A DNA stretch of 28,711 bases, from IMG/VR virus record IMGVR_UViG_3300010362_000082, positions 1 to 28,711 of that record, one strand, 5' to 3'. Shown piece by piece: positions 1-8,080 of this stretch (its first letter is position 1; each line of letters starts with the position of its first letter). Source of the DNA: a virus (lineage: Duplodnaviria; Caudoviricetes). The notes under the pieces were generated by a model, which saw only the letters and a list, made by a program, of their open reading frames with translations, ran no database searches and was not told where the DNA came from. Position numbers and translations under genes: made by a program.

Positions 1-2
1 AT

Positions 3-3000
3 CTTCTCGATGATCGAACTGGTCTTGTCGGACGCCTTCGGGGATAGCTCGTTCGCCTTCCCCTTGGTCGGCGGCTCAATCGGAGGAGCGGGCATCTGAT
101 TGGGTGGCGCAGGCGGTCCAGTGAACCGGCTGATGCTGCCAACACTGGGTGTCGGCCCCTTGCCACCCTCCACAGTCGCTTGCTGGGTACCCCCACCAGC
201 ACCACCACGGCCTGTCGTGGGTCCCCCAGGAGACCCCAACGACTGTGACTGACCCTGGAGCCCCTCTCGGCCGCCGGTGCTGCCGGGCGACCCTGTCAAG
301 CCGGGCTGTCCTGGTGCGCCCTCTTGCCCAGGCTGCGTTTGCTTTCCAGTCCCTGGCTCCGCTTTCTTCGCGGTGTCGGGCTGCCCGGTCTTCCCTGTTT
401 CAGTTTGCTCTCCGGTCGGCCCAAGACCACCCGGGGTCCCGGCGCCCTTGCCACCGGCCAAGCCAGCGAGACCAGTATCCGCCCCCTTGCCGCCAGCACC
501 CGCCGCACCCGGCTGGCCGCCAGCGCCTCTGCCGCCACCTTCTGCCTGGGCGGCCCCTGTACCTGCGCCAAGACCGCCCCTCCCGCTGGGTGAAGCTGGG
601 GACGCCTCGGAAGTGGTTGAACCGCCCTTGCCGCCCGGACCCTGCTGTCCTTGCGGCGCACCTTCCTTGCCGCCCTCCGGAGCACCGCTGACTGCTGCGC
701 CCTTGCCAGTGCCGGTGGGTTCCGCGCCTTCCCTGCCGCCGATGGGCGCCTCTGGGGCAGCGGCGTCTTTACCACCGGGCGTCGTACCTGCTGGCGCGTT
801 CTCCTGAGTGCCTCTGCCCTCTTTGCCGCCCTGAACGTCGGGATCGACAACGGTAACATCCGGGTCCTTCGACGGAGGCTCGACCACCACCTCCGGCAGA
901 TCGGTTGGCACGTCTGTCGTTGTGGTCGGCTCGTTCGCGGCATACGCCAGACCCGGCGTAGCACCTACGGCCGGAGCGCCACCCCACATGCTGGCGCCCA
1001 GGCTGGACACCATCAGGTCCGAGAGATTCGTGAGATCAACAATACCGGGCGTGGCAGTCGGGGTGACCGTCGTTGTCGGCGGCTCTTGCGTCGGCTCCAG
1101 ATCAGAGAGGCTGGCGGTCTGTGTGGTGGTGCCGCGCCCCTGCTGGCCTTGCTCGAAGTCGTCCCAGGCGCCCTTCTCGAACGCGCCCGGCGTAAAGGTC
1201 TGCGAGATTTGCGCGGCACGGTCATCTTTCGCGGCCTTCTCGTCCTCCATTCCACGCTGCGCGATCTCCTGCTGGACCTCCGGCTGGTCCTGCTGCGGCG
1301 TCTCGTAGGCTGGCACATCAAGCGAGACGTCGCGGTCGCTGAGCCCGGCAACCTCCGTCGTACCCCGGTCGCTCGTTTCATCGCTGCCGCGACCCAGTCC
1401 GGCCTGCTGGCTCGGCGTGTCCACCGTGGACACGTCGGGAGCGCCACCACGATCACCGAGTCCAGCGGCACCGGGGCCAGCCTCATCCGTCGTGCTGCCA
1501 CCGCCGCGACCGCCACCAGTCGTGTCGAGCCCACCGAGACCAGCAGCAAGGCCACCAGCGGTAACGTCGCCGCTGGTGCTGCCGCGGCTACCGCTGACGT
1601 CTCCAAGACTGGACGCCGCAAGCCCTGCCGTCGTTGAGCCCAGGCTGTGCCCAGGCGAGGGAGTATCCTCCTCGGACGAGGATGTGCTGCCGCGACCGCT
1701 GGAGGAGGTGCTACCGCGACTGCTACTGGGTGGCGCTGGCGTATCCAGTTCGCGGAACGCGCCCAAGAACGCCTGCGGACCACGCGGGTCAAACGTCAGT
1801 TCCTGATTGAGATCCTTCGCAAGCTGCGGCGTGTCCTTGTCTTTGGTGAAGTCGATGTCCTTGTCGACCGTCATCATGTCCGGCATCGGACCGGGCCGGG
1901 CGTCCGGCCGGTCCATCGGACCCTTGGATAGCTCCTGAGTTTGCTGTGTCGGCCCCTTGGTCTCCAAGCTCACCAAGTTGTCTTTGGTGATGTTGATGTC
2001 CGGGATGTCCGGAACGTCGGGATCGGCCACCGGGCCACGGCTCAGATCGGGATCAGCCACCGGGCCACGACTCAAGTCTGGATCAGCCACCGGGCCACGA
2101 CTCAGATCAGGATCGGCTACCGGCCCTCGACTCAAGTCGGGATCGGCTACTGGGCCACGGCTCAGATCGGGGTCACCGACCGGCCCCCTACCAACGTCGG
2201 GGTCGCCCTTATCATCGGGCGCACCCTTGCCGGTCGGATCGCCTACATCATCTGGCGCACCCTCGGGGCCGCCACCGCGACCGAGACCGAAGCCGACATC
2301 GCCCGCTGCGGTGCCCTTGCCGCCTAAGCCGCCCTCGGGACCACCAGCGGTCTGGCCACCCTTGCCGTCGCTCTCGCCGTCACGGCCGTCCTGACCATCC
2401 TGGCCACCGCCTGGACCGTCCTCGCCACCACCTGGGCCGTCCTGACCATCGTCACCGTCATCACCGTCATCGCCGTCGTCACCGCCTCCGTCGTCTCCTC
2501 CCCCGTCGTCGCCCCCACCATCGTCGCCCCCACCATCGTCCCCGCCATCGTCCCCGCCGTCATCTCCTCCGTCGTCGCCCTGCCCGTCATCGCCTTGCCC
2601 GTCATCGCCCTGTCCGTCGTCGCCTTGCCCGTCGTCACCGTCGTCGCCGCCATCGTCCCCTCCCCCGTCGTCACCGCCGCCGCCCCCTCCGCCTCCGCCG
2701 TCGTCGCCCCCGCCACCTCCTCCGCCGCCGTCACCACCGTCATCGAAGTATTTGATGCGCTCGTCCTTCTCCTCCGGGGTCTCATCGATGCCTTGCGCCT
2801 TCTTGCGCTGCTTGTTCATGCGCTCGATGGCCTGGATGTACTCTGGCGGCTCCGGCATCATCGGGATAAGCGAAGCAGCCTCGTCCGGCGTCCGGACGTC
2901 GTTATCGACCAGTCCGGCGACCTTGCCGTCAGCATCGACCGCGCCGCCCTCGGCAAGCTGCACGAGACCGCCGCGCTGCTTGAAGCGCCGTTGATTGGAG

Positions 3001-3119
3001 TACGCGATAGCCAGTGCCTGCTCGCGCGACTTGACGTGCGGAGACTTGCCAACCTCGCCCATCAGGGTCTTGATGTTGGCCCGCCGCGCCTTGTCGCTGC
3101 CCGACTTAATCAGCGGCAT
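3..3119 (-). CDS. Large low-complexity, probably disordered virion/internal (ejection-type) protein; 3' end lies outside the window (>=1039 aa)
   Basis: ATG at 3119 (MPLIKSGSDKARRANIKTLMGE...). The frame stays open in my manual translation to position 3 (...KASDKTSSIIEK). It contains a Gly/Asp tract, PDLSRGPVAD repeats with synonymous variation in this frame, and G/T/P-rich segments. It is absent from the ORF track because it has no stop in the window. Confidence 0.88.
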   Translation of the reverse strand, partial: MPLIKSGSDKARRANIKTLMGEVGKSPHVKSREQALAIAYSNQRRFKQRGGLVQLAEGGAVDADGKVAGLVDNDVRTPDEAASLIPMMPEPPEYIQAIERMNKQRKKAQGIDETPEEKDERIKYFDDGGDGGGGGGGGDDGGGGGGGGGDDGGGDDGGDDGDDGQGDDGQGDDGQGDDGQGDDGGDDGGDDGGDDGGGDDGGGDDGGGDDGGGDDGDDGDDGDDGQDGPGGGEDGPGGGQDGQDGRDGESDGKGGQTAGGPEGGLGGKGTAAGDVGFGLGRGGGPEGAPDDVGDPTGKGAPDDKGDPDVGRGPVGDPDLSRGPVADPDLSRGPVADPDLSRGPVADPDLSRGPVADPDLSRGPVADPDVPDIPDINITKDNLVSLETKGPTQQTQELSKGPMDRPDARPGPMPDMMTVDKDIDFTKDKDTPQLAKDLNQELTFDPRGPQAFLGAFRELDTPAPPSSSRGSTSSSGRGSTSSSEEDTPSPGHSLGSTTAGLAASSLGDVSGSRGSTSGDVTAGGLAAGLGGLDTTGGGRGGGSTTDEAGPGAAGLGDRGGAPDVSTVDTPSQQAGLGRGSDETSDRGTTEVAGLSDRDVSLDVPAYETPQQDQPEVQQEIAQRGMEDEKAAKDDRAAQISQTFTPGAFEKGAWDDFEQGQQGRGTTTQTASLSDLEPTQEPPTTTVTPTATPGIVDLTNLSDLMVSSLGASMWGGAPAVGATPGLAYAANEPTTTTDVPTDLPEVVVEPPSKDPDVTVVDPDVQGGKEGRGTQENAPAGTTPGGKDAAAPEAPIGGREGAEPTGTGKGAAVSGAPEGGKEGAPQGQQGPGGKGGSTTSEASPASPSGRGGLGAGTGAAQAEGGGRGAGGQPGAAGAGGKGADTGLAGLAGGKGAGTPGGLGPTGEQTETGKTGQPDTAKKAEPGTGKQTQPGQEGAPGQPGLTGSPGSTGGREGLQGQSQSLGSPGGPTTGRGGAGGGTQQATVEGGKGPTPSVGSISRFTGPPAPPNQMPAPPIEPPTKGKANELSPKASDKTSSIIEK
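2021..2200 (-). repeat. 30-bp tandem repeat, 5 copies plus 1 degenerate, encoding (PDLSRGPVAD)n
   Basis: Units such as gatcggccaccgggccacggctcagatcgg start at 2021, 2051, 2081, 2111, 2141 and 2171. Differences among the first five are silent in the minus frame. Confidence 0.95.
2400..2745 (-). repeat. Low-complexity Gly/Asp tract (GDDGG, GDDGQ repeats)
   Basis: Iterated ccgtcgtcgcc/ccgtcatcgcc units translate as DDGGDGGGGG...GDDGQGDDGQ. Confidence 0.95.
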
Positions 3120-3363
3120 TGGTCTGCTGCTTCTCAGCCTCCGCTAGAAACGCCTGCAACACACGCCTATCCTGATAGGCGACAAAGTCTCGGCTCGCGA
3201 GATTGGCACCCAGCTTCATTGCATCGATGCGTTTGAGTTCTTGCTTCGCGGCCTCGATAGCTTCGGGCGTGATGGCGGGCATCTCCACCTCCACCGATTC
3301 GCGCAGCACATCGCGACGATACACGTGCGTGAGGTAGCTCAACAATTCCGGATGCTGGATCAT
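3106..3363 (-). CDS. Hypothetical protein (85 aa)
   Basis: ATG at 3363 overlaps the upstream TGA (ATGA); MIQHPELLSYL... Confidence 0.75.
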   Translation of the reverse strand: MIQHPELLSYLTHVYRRDVLRESVEVEMPAITPEAIEAAKQELKRIDAMKLGANLASRDFVAYQDRRVLQAFLAEAEKQQTNAAD

Positions 3364-3521
3364 TGCAGCGCCCCCTCCAGCGCGCCCTTCCACGCCTCGA
3401 TGGCGCGCTCCAGCCGCCAGAACGCCTGCACCGTCAGCAACAGGTTACGCTCGTACTGCTGGGTGAGATCATCATCCGGCTGCGGCTGATCGGGCGTCGG
3501 CTGGTCAGACGTCAGGGTCAC
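3360..3521 (-). CDS. Small hypothetical protein (53 aa), not in the ORF track
   Basis: GTG at 3521 overlaps the upstream stop (GTGA) and TGA at 3360 overlaps the next ATG; MTLTSDQPTPDQPQPDDDLTQQYERNLLLTVQAFWRLERAIEAWKGALEGALQ. Confidence 0.75.
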   Translation of the reverse strand: MTLTSDQPTPDQPQPDDDLTQQYERNLLLTVQAFWRLERAIEAWKGALEGALQ

Positions 3522-4051
3522 GGTGGTGCCATCATACGAAGGTGCACGGTCCAGGAGGCGTTGGCGTCAGCCGGGGTACCTGCCCAGGATTGCTTGATCC
3601 CAAAGCGATCACCGGCCACAAACGAGATCGGCAACCCGGTCGTCGCTGTCTTGAACCCCATATTTGTGCCGACAAACGCCAGCAGCGGCGAGCCGACCGC
3701 CACCTCATTCTTCACAAGCTGGAAGCTGCGCGAGTTGCCCGCGCCGGGAGCAACCTGGAGAAAGATTCCCCACGCCCGGATCTCGCCGTCCATCAGCATC
3801 AGGTCTTCGTTGAATAGCGCCAGCAGTTGATGCGAGGGCTTGTGTCCCGACAACGGCCAGTAACTGGGGTTGAACACATTCATGATGCTCGAACTGGTCC
3901 CATCCCACCCCGCGCCACCACAGATCGGCTGCACCAGCGCGACCCTGGCATCGCTCCAGGTCTCAGCCACACCCTCCATGGTCTGTGCCGCAGCACTGAT
4001 TGCCTGCGTCATCAGGAGTTGGATGCGGCTTAGCTCTGCGAAGGTGGTCAT
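3518..4051 (-). CDS. Hypothetical virion-associated protein (177 aa)
   Basis: ATGA-coupled to the nozzle gene; beta-rich C-terminal half. Confidence 0.75.
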   Translation of the reverse strand: MTTFAELSRIQLLMTQAISAAAQTMEGVAETWSDARVALVQPICGGAGWDGTSSSIMNVFNPSYWPLSGHKPSHQLLALFNEDLMLMDGEIRAWGIFLQVAPGAGNSRSFQLVKNEVAVGSPLLAFVGTNMGFKTATTGLPISFVAGDRFGIKQSWAGTPADANASWTVHLRMMAPP

Positions 4052-6732
4052 GGCCTGCTACCCGCAGGCTTGACCCGCACCTGGGTGACGCCCACGCGCG
4101 CGGAGAAACCCATGATCGGCGCCCAGTCGTAACGCACCGCCAGCATGCGGCCGCGAATGCGGGGCGTGAAATACTTCTTGGTCGCGGTTGCCCTGTAGGG
4201 ACCGTAGTTCCTGACTTTCCCGCTGGGATACATCCTGGTGCGGAAGGAAATGTCCACTGCACCGTTCTTGCCGAACCACTTGAAGTCCGGCTGCACGTGA
4301 TCGGCGCTGACAATGAGCGAGCCGTTCGACATCTGCGCGTAGCCGGTCTCGACATAGACGTTGCGCATCGGCTGATCGTCGTCGTCATAACCGATTTCGT
4401 GCTGCTGGATGCGGAAGTTGGCGTCTCCGCCCATCGGTTCCTGGAACACGCTGTGATCGAGCCACGCTGAGCGCCACAGCACGCCAGAGTCCCAGGCGGG
4501 CTCCTGCGGTGCGAACTTCACGTAGTGCGTCGTCTCGTTCTGAAAGAGCACCGGCCCGGTCTTGTCATAGGGAAGCACGCTGCTGCCAGCATTGAGCATC
4601 GCACCGGCAAGCGTCAGCGAAGTCGGATCGACGTTGAAGTCGGTGCCCAGGTAGACCAGATCAGTCCCACTCACCATGTTGACGTAGATATCGAGATAAG
4701 ACGAGTCGTCACTCGTGAACGACACGTCAGCCCGCATCCAACCGTTGCCGGACGGCCCAGTCGCAATGCTATCGGTGAGGATGTGCGCCGCTCCGGGCAC
4801 AAACACGCTGGGATTGCTGGTCGCGAGGTTCAGCACCGATGGTGATGCCCCCGTGATGTTATAGAGAGCAAAGACTGAACCGGCACTGGTCTGCGCCTGT
4901 AACAGCAGCCTGCGCGCATGATTGGGGTTGAGCGCGATGTAGATCGAAAGCGTGTAGGTCTTGTGCAGCGTGTCCTTGAACAGGCGCTGCTGCATCATGT
5001 GGTAGCCGTTGACATTGAACTCGGTCAGAACCGATGGCGCTAGCGGCGGCGGCCCGGAACCAAACTTCGGGCACGAGGCGTTGGTGAGCAACCACCTGTT
5101 GTTCTGATCGAAGTCCTCGGAGTTCGTGAGAAGATTGACGTTGGCCGGGATGCCCTGTGACTTCGACGGGAACCAGAACGTGATCTCGTTGGTGGTGGAG
5201 TTCGAACCCGCGTGGCACTTGTTGAGGTTGGTGTCGTCCAGATCCTCGAAGATGTAGTCCCACACCGAACACGGCACGATTTGCACACCACCATCGCCGT
5301 AGCGCCAGATGTTCTTCAAGCTGCGCCAGTACACCGAGCGCCCGAGCACCGCAACGTCGTGTGGCGCCTCCAGGCCACATCCCGATGCGATCATGGCGAA
5401 GCCATAGATCAGCGGCGGGCCGATGTAGTTCATCGCCCACAGGTCAGTGTCGGTCCAGATCAGCGTGGCCTGCGGCGCCTGTATCGCACCAACGATGCGT
5501 GAGCCGCGCGAGAGCCGGAAACTCCCAGCTTGATTGCTCACGGTGGGAAGATACTGATCGTAGGTGCCCACATCCGACCAGCGCACCAGCAGCGGGTCGA
5601 CGTCGCCCTGCCCAAGGTGCCCCTCGGTGCCGAACAGCACCACCTGCGCCTGCGGCATGCCGGTGGCAACCATGCCGTTGTTCTTCTGCGGCGCCGTCAC
5701 AGGCGGCCCAAGCCCAACCACCCGCGTGAAGGTGCCGTTGCTGATCGGCGGCTTGTAGACCTCCAGCGGCCCACCGGAAAGCAACGAGAGGCCATCTTGC
5801 CCCAGGTTGTCGAGGAACCACGTCTGGAGTTGCGGGTCACCAATGACCTCACGCGAGGACATGCCGATGACAACGTCGATGGCGATGGGTGAATAAAGCG
5901 GAGGCCCACCAAGCTGGCGGTTGACCACCCAGCCCTCGTACACCACCGCACCAGTCGAGAGCCCGGTGCCGAACGAGCCGAGATCGAACGTAAACGTGTC
6001 CACGGTGGGCACCGTCTTCACCGCCACGACAGTGCCGCCGGGAATGTCGAAGCTCACGCCCGAACCAAGCGTGCTGTCGGTGAACGAGGTGCGCTGGTCG
6101 AAGGTGAAGGTGCTACCCACCACCAGCCCGTGATTACGGAACGTGCAGGTGAGACCGTTGGCAATGTCGTTGGTGAAGAACGGCGTGCCATGCACCGGCC
6201 CTTCGCTGTAGAGCGCGGCATTCGCCATGGTGAAGGTAAAGCCGGTGGTGCCGGTGAGGGTCTCCACCCTGGCCAGTGTTCCCGCCGGGATAATCCGGCC
6301 ACCGATGGATATCTTGTTGCGGAAGATGAAGCCTTGGCTGACGTCACCGCGGATGTTGTAGCTGTAGGTCACCACCTTGGAGCCCGCGGTGACCTGGAAG
6401 TTGCAGCCTTCCAGCAGCGTCCCGCCGGGGTCCTTGCCACCGAGAATGGGCACCTCGCGCCCCAGCGAGTAGGTCACGTCGTTGATCAGAATCTGGAGCC
6501 CAAGATCGGTCGCCACCATCAGGTTGCGACGGGTATCGAGGTCTTCCCAGGCCCACAGGCGCCGGATGATCCCGTTGAAGGCAAGGTCCTGGAGCCGTTT
6601 CCAGCCGCCCATCTTCTCGGCAAAGCCGTTGCGCCAGCGCATCAGATTGGCCGCGAAGTACGTCCCCTCGGCCTGTAGCTGGGTCGCCTGCGAGATAATC
6701 CCAGGAGGACCTTTGACCTGGATCATGGGCAT
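4048..6732 (-). CDS. Tail nozzle / packaged-DNA stabilisation protein (P22 gp10 / tail tubular B-like) with inserted domains
   Basis: 894 aa. Conserved blocks RWRNGFAEKMGGW, DPLLVRWSD, NQAGSFRL, IVPCSVWDYIF, EITFWFPS and PRIRGR are typical of this podovirus nozzle family, and it follows the adaptor gene. Confidence 0.75.
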   Translation of the reverse strand: MPMIQVKGPPGIISQATQLQAEGTYFAANLMRWRNGFAEKMGGWKRLQDLAFNGIIRRLWAWEDLDTRRNLMVATDLGLQILINDVTYSLGREVPILGGKDPGGTLLEGCNFQVTAGSKVVTYSYNIRGDVSQGFIFRNKISIGGRIIPAGTLARVETLTGTTGFTFTMANAALYSEGPVHGTPFFTNDIANGLTCTFRNHGLVVGSTFTFDQRTSFTDSTLGSGVSFDIPGGTVVAVKTVPTVDTFTFDLGSFGTGLSTGAVVYEGWVVNRQLGGPPLYSPIAIDVVIGMSSREVIGDPQLQTWFLDNLGQDGLSLLSGGPLEVYKPPISNGTFTRVVGLGPPVTAPQKNNGMVATGMPQAQVVLFGTEGHLGQGDVDPLLVRWSDVGTYDQYLPTVSNQAGSFRLSRGSRIVGAIQAPQATLIWTDTDLWAMNYIGPPLIYGFAMIASGCGLEAPHDVAVLGRSVYWRSLKNIWRYGDGGVQIVPCSVWDYIFEDLDDTNLNKCHAGSNSTTNEITFWFPSKSQGIPANVNLLTNSEDFDQNNRWLLTNASCPKFGSGPPPLAPSVLTEFNVNGYHMMQQRLFKDTLHKTYTLSIYIALNPNHARRLLLQAQTSAGSVFALYNITGASPSVLNLATSNPSVFVPGAAHILTDSIATGPSGNGWMRADVSFTSDDSSYLDIYVNMVSGTDLVYLGTDFNVDPTSLTLAGAMLNAGSSVLPYDKTGPVLFQNETTHYVKFAPQEPAWDSGVLWRSAWLDHSVFQEPMGGDANFRIQQHEIGYDDDDQPMRNVYVETGYAQMSNGSLIVSADHVQPDFKWFGKNGAVDISFRTRMYPSGKVRNYGPYRATATKKYFTPRIRGRMLAVRYDWAPIMGFSARVGVTQVRVKPAGSRP

Positions 6733-6744
6733 CGGTCACCTCGC

Positions 6745-7485
6745 TTACTCTGGTGCACGCGATGCGTTGGCTATCGGTGCTGGCGGCATCGGTTGCCAGC
6801 TTGGCCCCTCGCTGCTGACACGCGCCTGCTCCAGCGCCGAACCGGTCTTGAGCGTCTGGTAGGTCTGCTCCCAACTCAGCGCCTTGGCAGGGTCATCGGC
6901 CTGCGAGCCGAAGTCGCGCTGATAGGCGCAGCCACCCACCATGCACGCCGCAAACAGGAGATCGGGGTAAAGGCTCGAAAGATAGGTGGCCGGGTTGGAT
7001 GCCGAGATCGGCATCGGCCGCACCGTGCCCAGGAACTCGGCGTTGTAGGACGCATCGGGCACCGGCGCCCAGCGCAGCTTCTGGATCTGGACCTGGGTTG
7101 TCGGGATATTGGTCTCGCCAATGATGGTGTACTTCTCCGGGACACCGGGATTGAAGCCGTCCTCAGGCCAGTAGGCGTCCAGAAACTCTGGGGATACCCT
7201 TTCCGGCTGGGTCCGCACGCTCGCTGCGGTGATTGGTCCGACCGGGGTGTAGATGTTGATCGTGCGCAGAATGAGCACACGAGCCGGTAGCTCCATCTCC
7301 CGCACGTTGATATCGAGCGTGTCGAACACCGCATTGAGCGTGGGGAGGAAGCTCACCTCCCGGAATATCCTGTTCTCGGCATATTCGATGATGCGCGGAA
7401 GCGCGCGCGTGAACTCCTCGTCCTCATCATCGATGGGGATTTCGAGATAGGTCTGGAGCCCGGCCACTAGCTCGTTGTAGGTCAT
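6745..7485 (-). CDS. Phage tail adaptor / tail tubular A-like protein
   Basis: MTYNELV...YLE, IEYAENRI, WAPVPDASY and YLS..YPDLLFAAC motifs; lies immediately upstream of the nozzle. Confidence 0.7.
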   Translation of the reverse strand: MTYNELVAGLQTYLEIPIDDEDEEFTRALPRIIEYAENRIFREVSFLPTLNAVFDTLDINVREMELPARVLILRTINIYTPVGPITAASVRTQPERVSPEFLDAYWPEDGFNPGVPEKYTIIGETNIPTTQVQIQKLRWAPVPDASYNAEFLGTVRPMPISASNPATYLSSLYPDLLFAACMVGGCAYQRDFGSQADDPAKALSWEQTYQTLKTGSALEQARVSSEGPSWQPMPPAPIANASRAPE

Positions 7486-7874
7486 GCCACGTCCACCCCT
7501 CGGACATGCGAGTAGAGCGTCTTGGTGTTACCCTTGTTGGTGACCGCCACCGCCTGCACGGCATACGTCACATCCGGAAGCAGCCCCTGGATGCGCTGAT
7601 CGGTCTCGGTCTGCACCGTCGTGCCGTCCGGAGTGACCAGCGTGGGCGAGCCAATGAGATGCGAGCTGGGCGTGCCGTCGACACCATTGGTGACAGTCAG
7701 CGTCCAGGCCGCGCTGGTAAGTGCTTCGCCCGCAACCAGATCGTTGACGAAATCGAGCCCATATAGCTCGCTCTCGTTCTGCTGCGCCGGTGAGAAGTCC
7801 CTTCCGCAGTAGATGGCGCCCTCCTGTCCCTTGAGTACGCGCGTGCGCAGCACCTCGTTCTTGAGCACCTTCAC
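7482..7874 (-). CDS. Putative fibre-tail adaptor-like small beta protein
   Basis: P..E..YGLDF..L..GE.LTSAAW pattern; GTGA/ATGA coupled to both neighbours. Confidence 0.5.
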   Translation of the reverse strand: MKVLKNEVLRTRVLKGQEGAIYCGRDFSPAQQNESELYGLDFVNDLVAGEALTSAAWTLTVTNGVDGTPSSHLIGSPTLVTPDGTTVQTETDQRIQGLLPDVTYAVQAVAVTNKGNTKTLYSHVRGVDVA

Positions 7875-8080
7875 AGCTTGTCGTTCTCCAGCGTCTGGCC
7901 GTTACCGTTGTGGGCCGTCGCCAGCGGTTGCTGTTGCTGCTGCTGGGCTTGCAGTTGCGAAGTGATCTTCATCAGAAGCGGATTGGCGTCCCTCCAGGGC
8001 GCCGTCACCAGAATGTTAACAACCGCTTGCCACTCATTCTCTTGTAGTTCGACTGTCGGCATTGGCGATTTCTCCTTCAT
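7871..8080 (-). CDS. Small hypothetical protein downstream of the tail fibre (69 aa; possible fibre assembly helper)
   Basis: ATG at 8080 overlaps the fibre stop, with GGAGGA upstream; MKEKSPMPTVELQENEW...APWRDANPLLMKITSQ. Confidence 0.7.
   Translation of the reverse strand: MKEKSPMPTVELQENEWQAVVNILVTAPWRDANPLLMKITSQLQAQQQQQQPLATAHNGNGQTLENDKL

Noticed and set aside
200-700. Collagen-like triple-helix domain in the giant protein
   Set aside because: Only short G-X-Y runs (e.g. PGQEGAPGQPGLTGSPGSTG) occur, and the periodicity is not sustained.
2021-2200. 30-bp periodic repeat as a CRISPR array
   Set aside because: The units are contiguous with no unique spacers, they encode a peptide repeat, and there are no cas genes.
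149-3236. Many plus-strand and off-frame minus ORFs (e.g. 651-1637, 1013-1792, 2324-2785)
   Set aside because: They are shadows of the single long minus-strand frame; the repeat variation is synonymous only in that frame.
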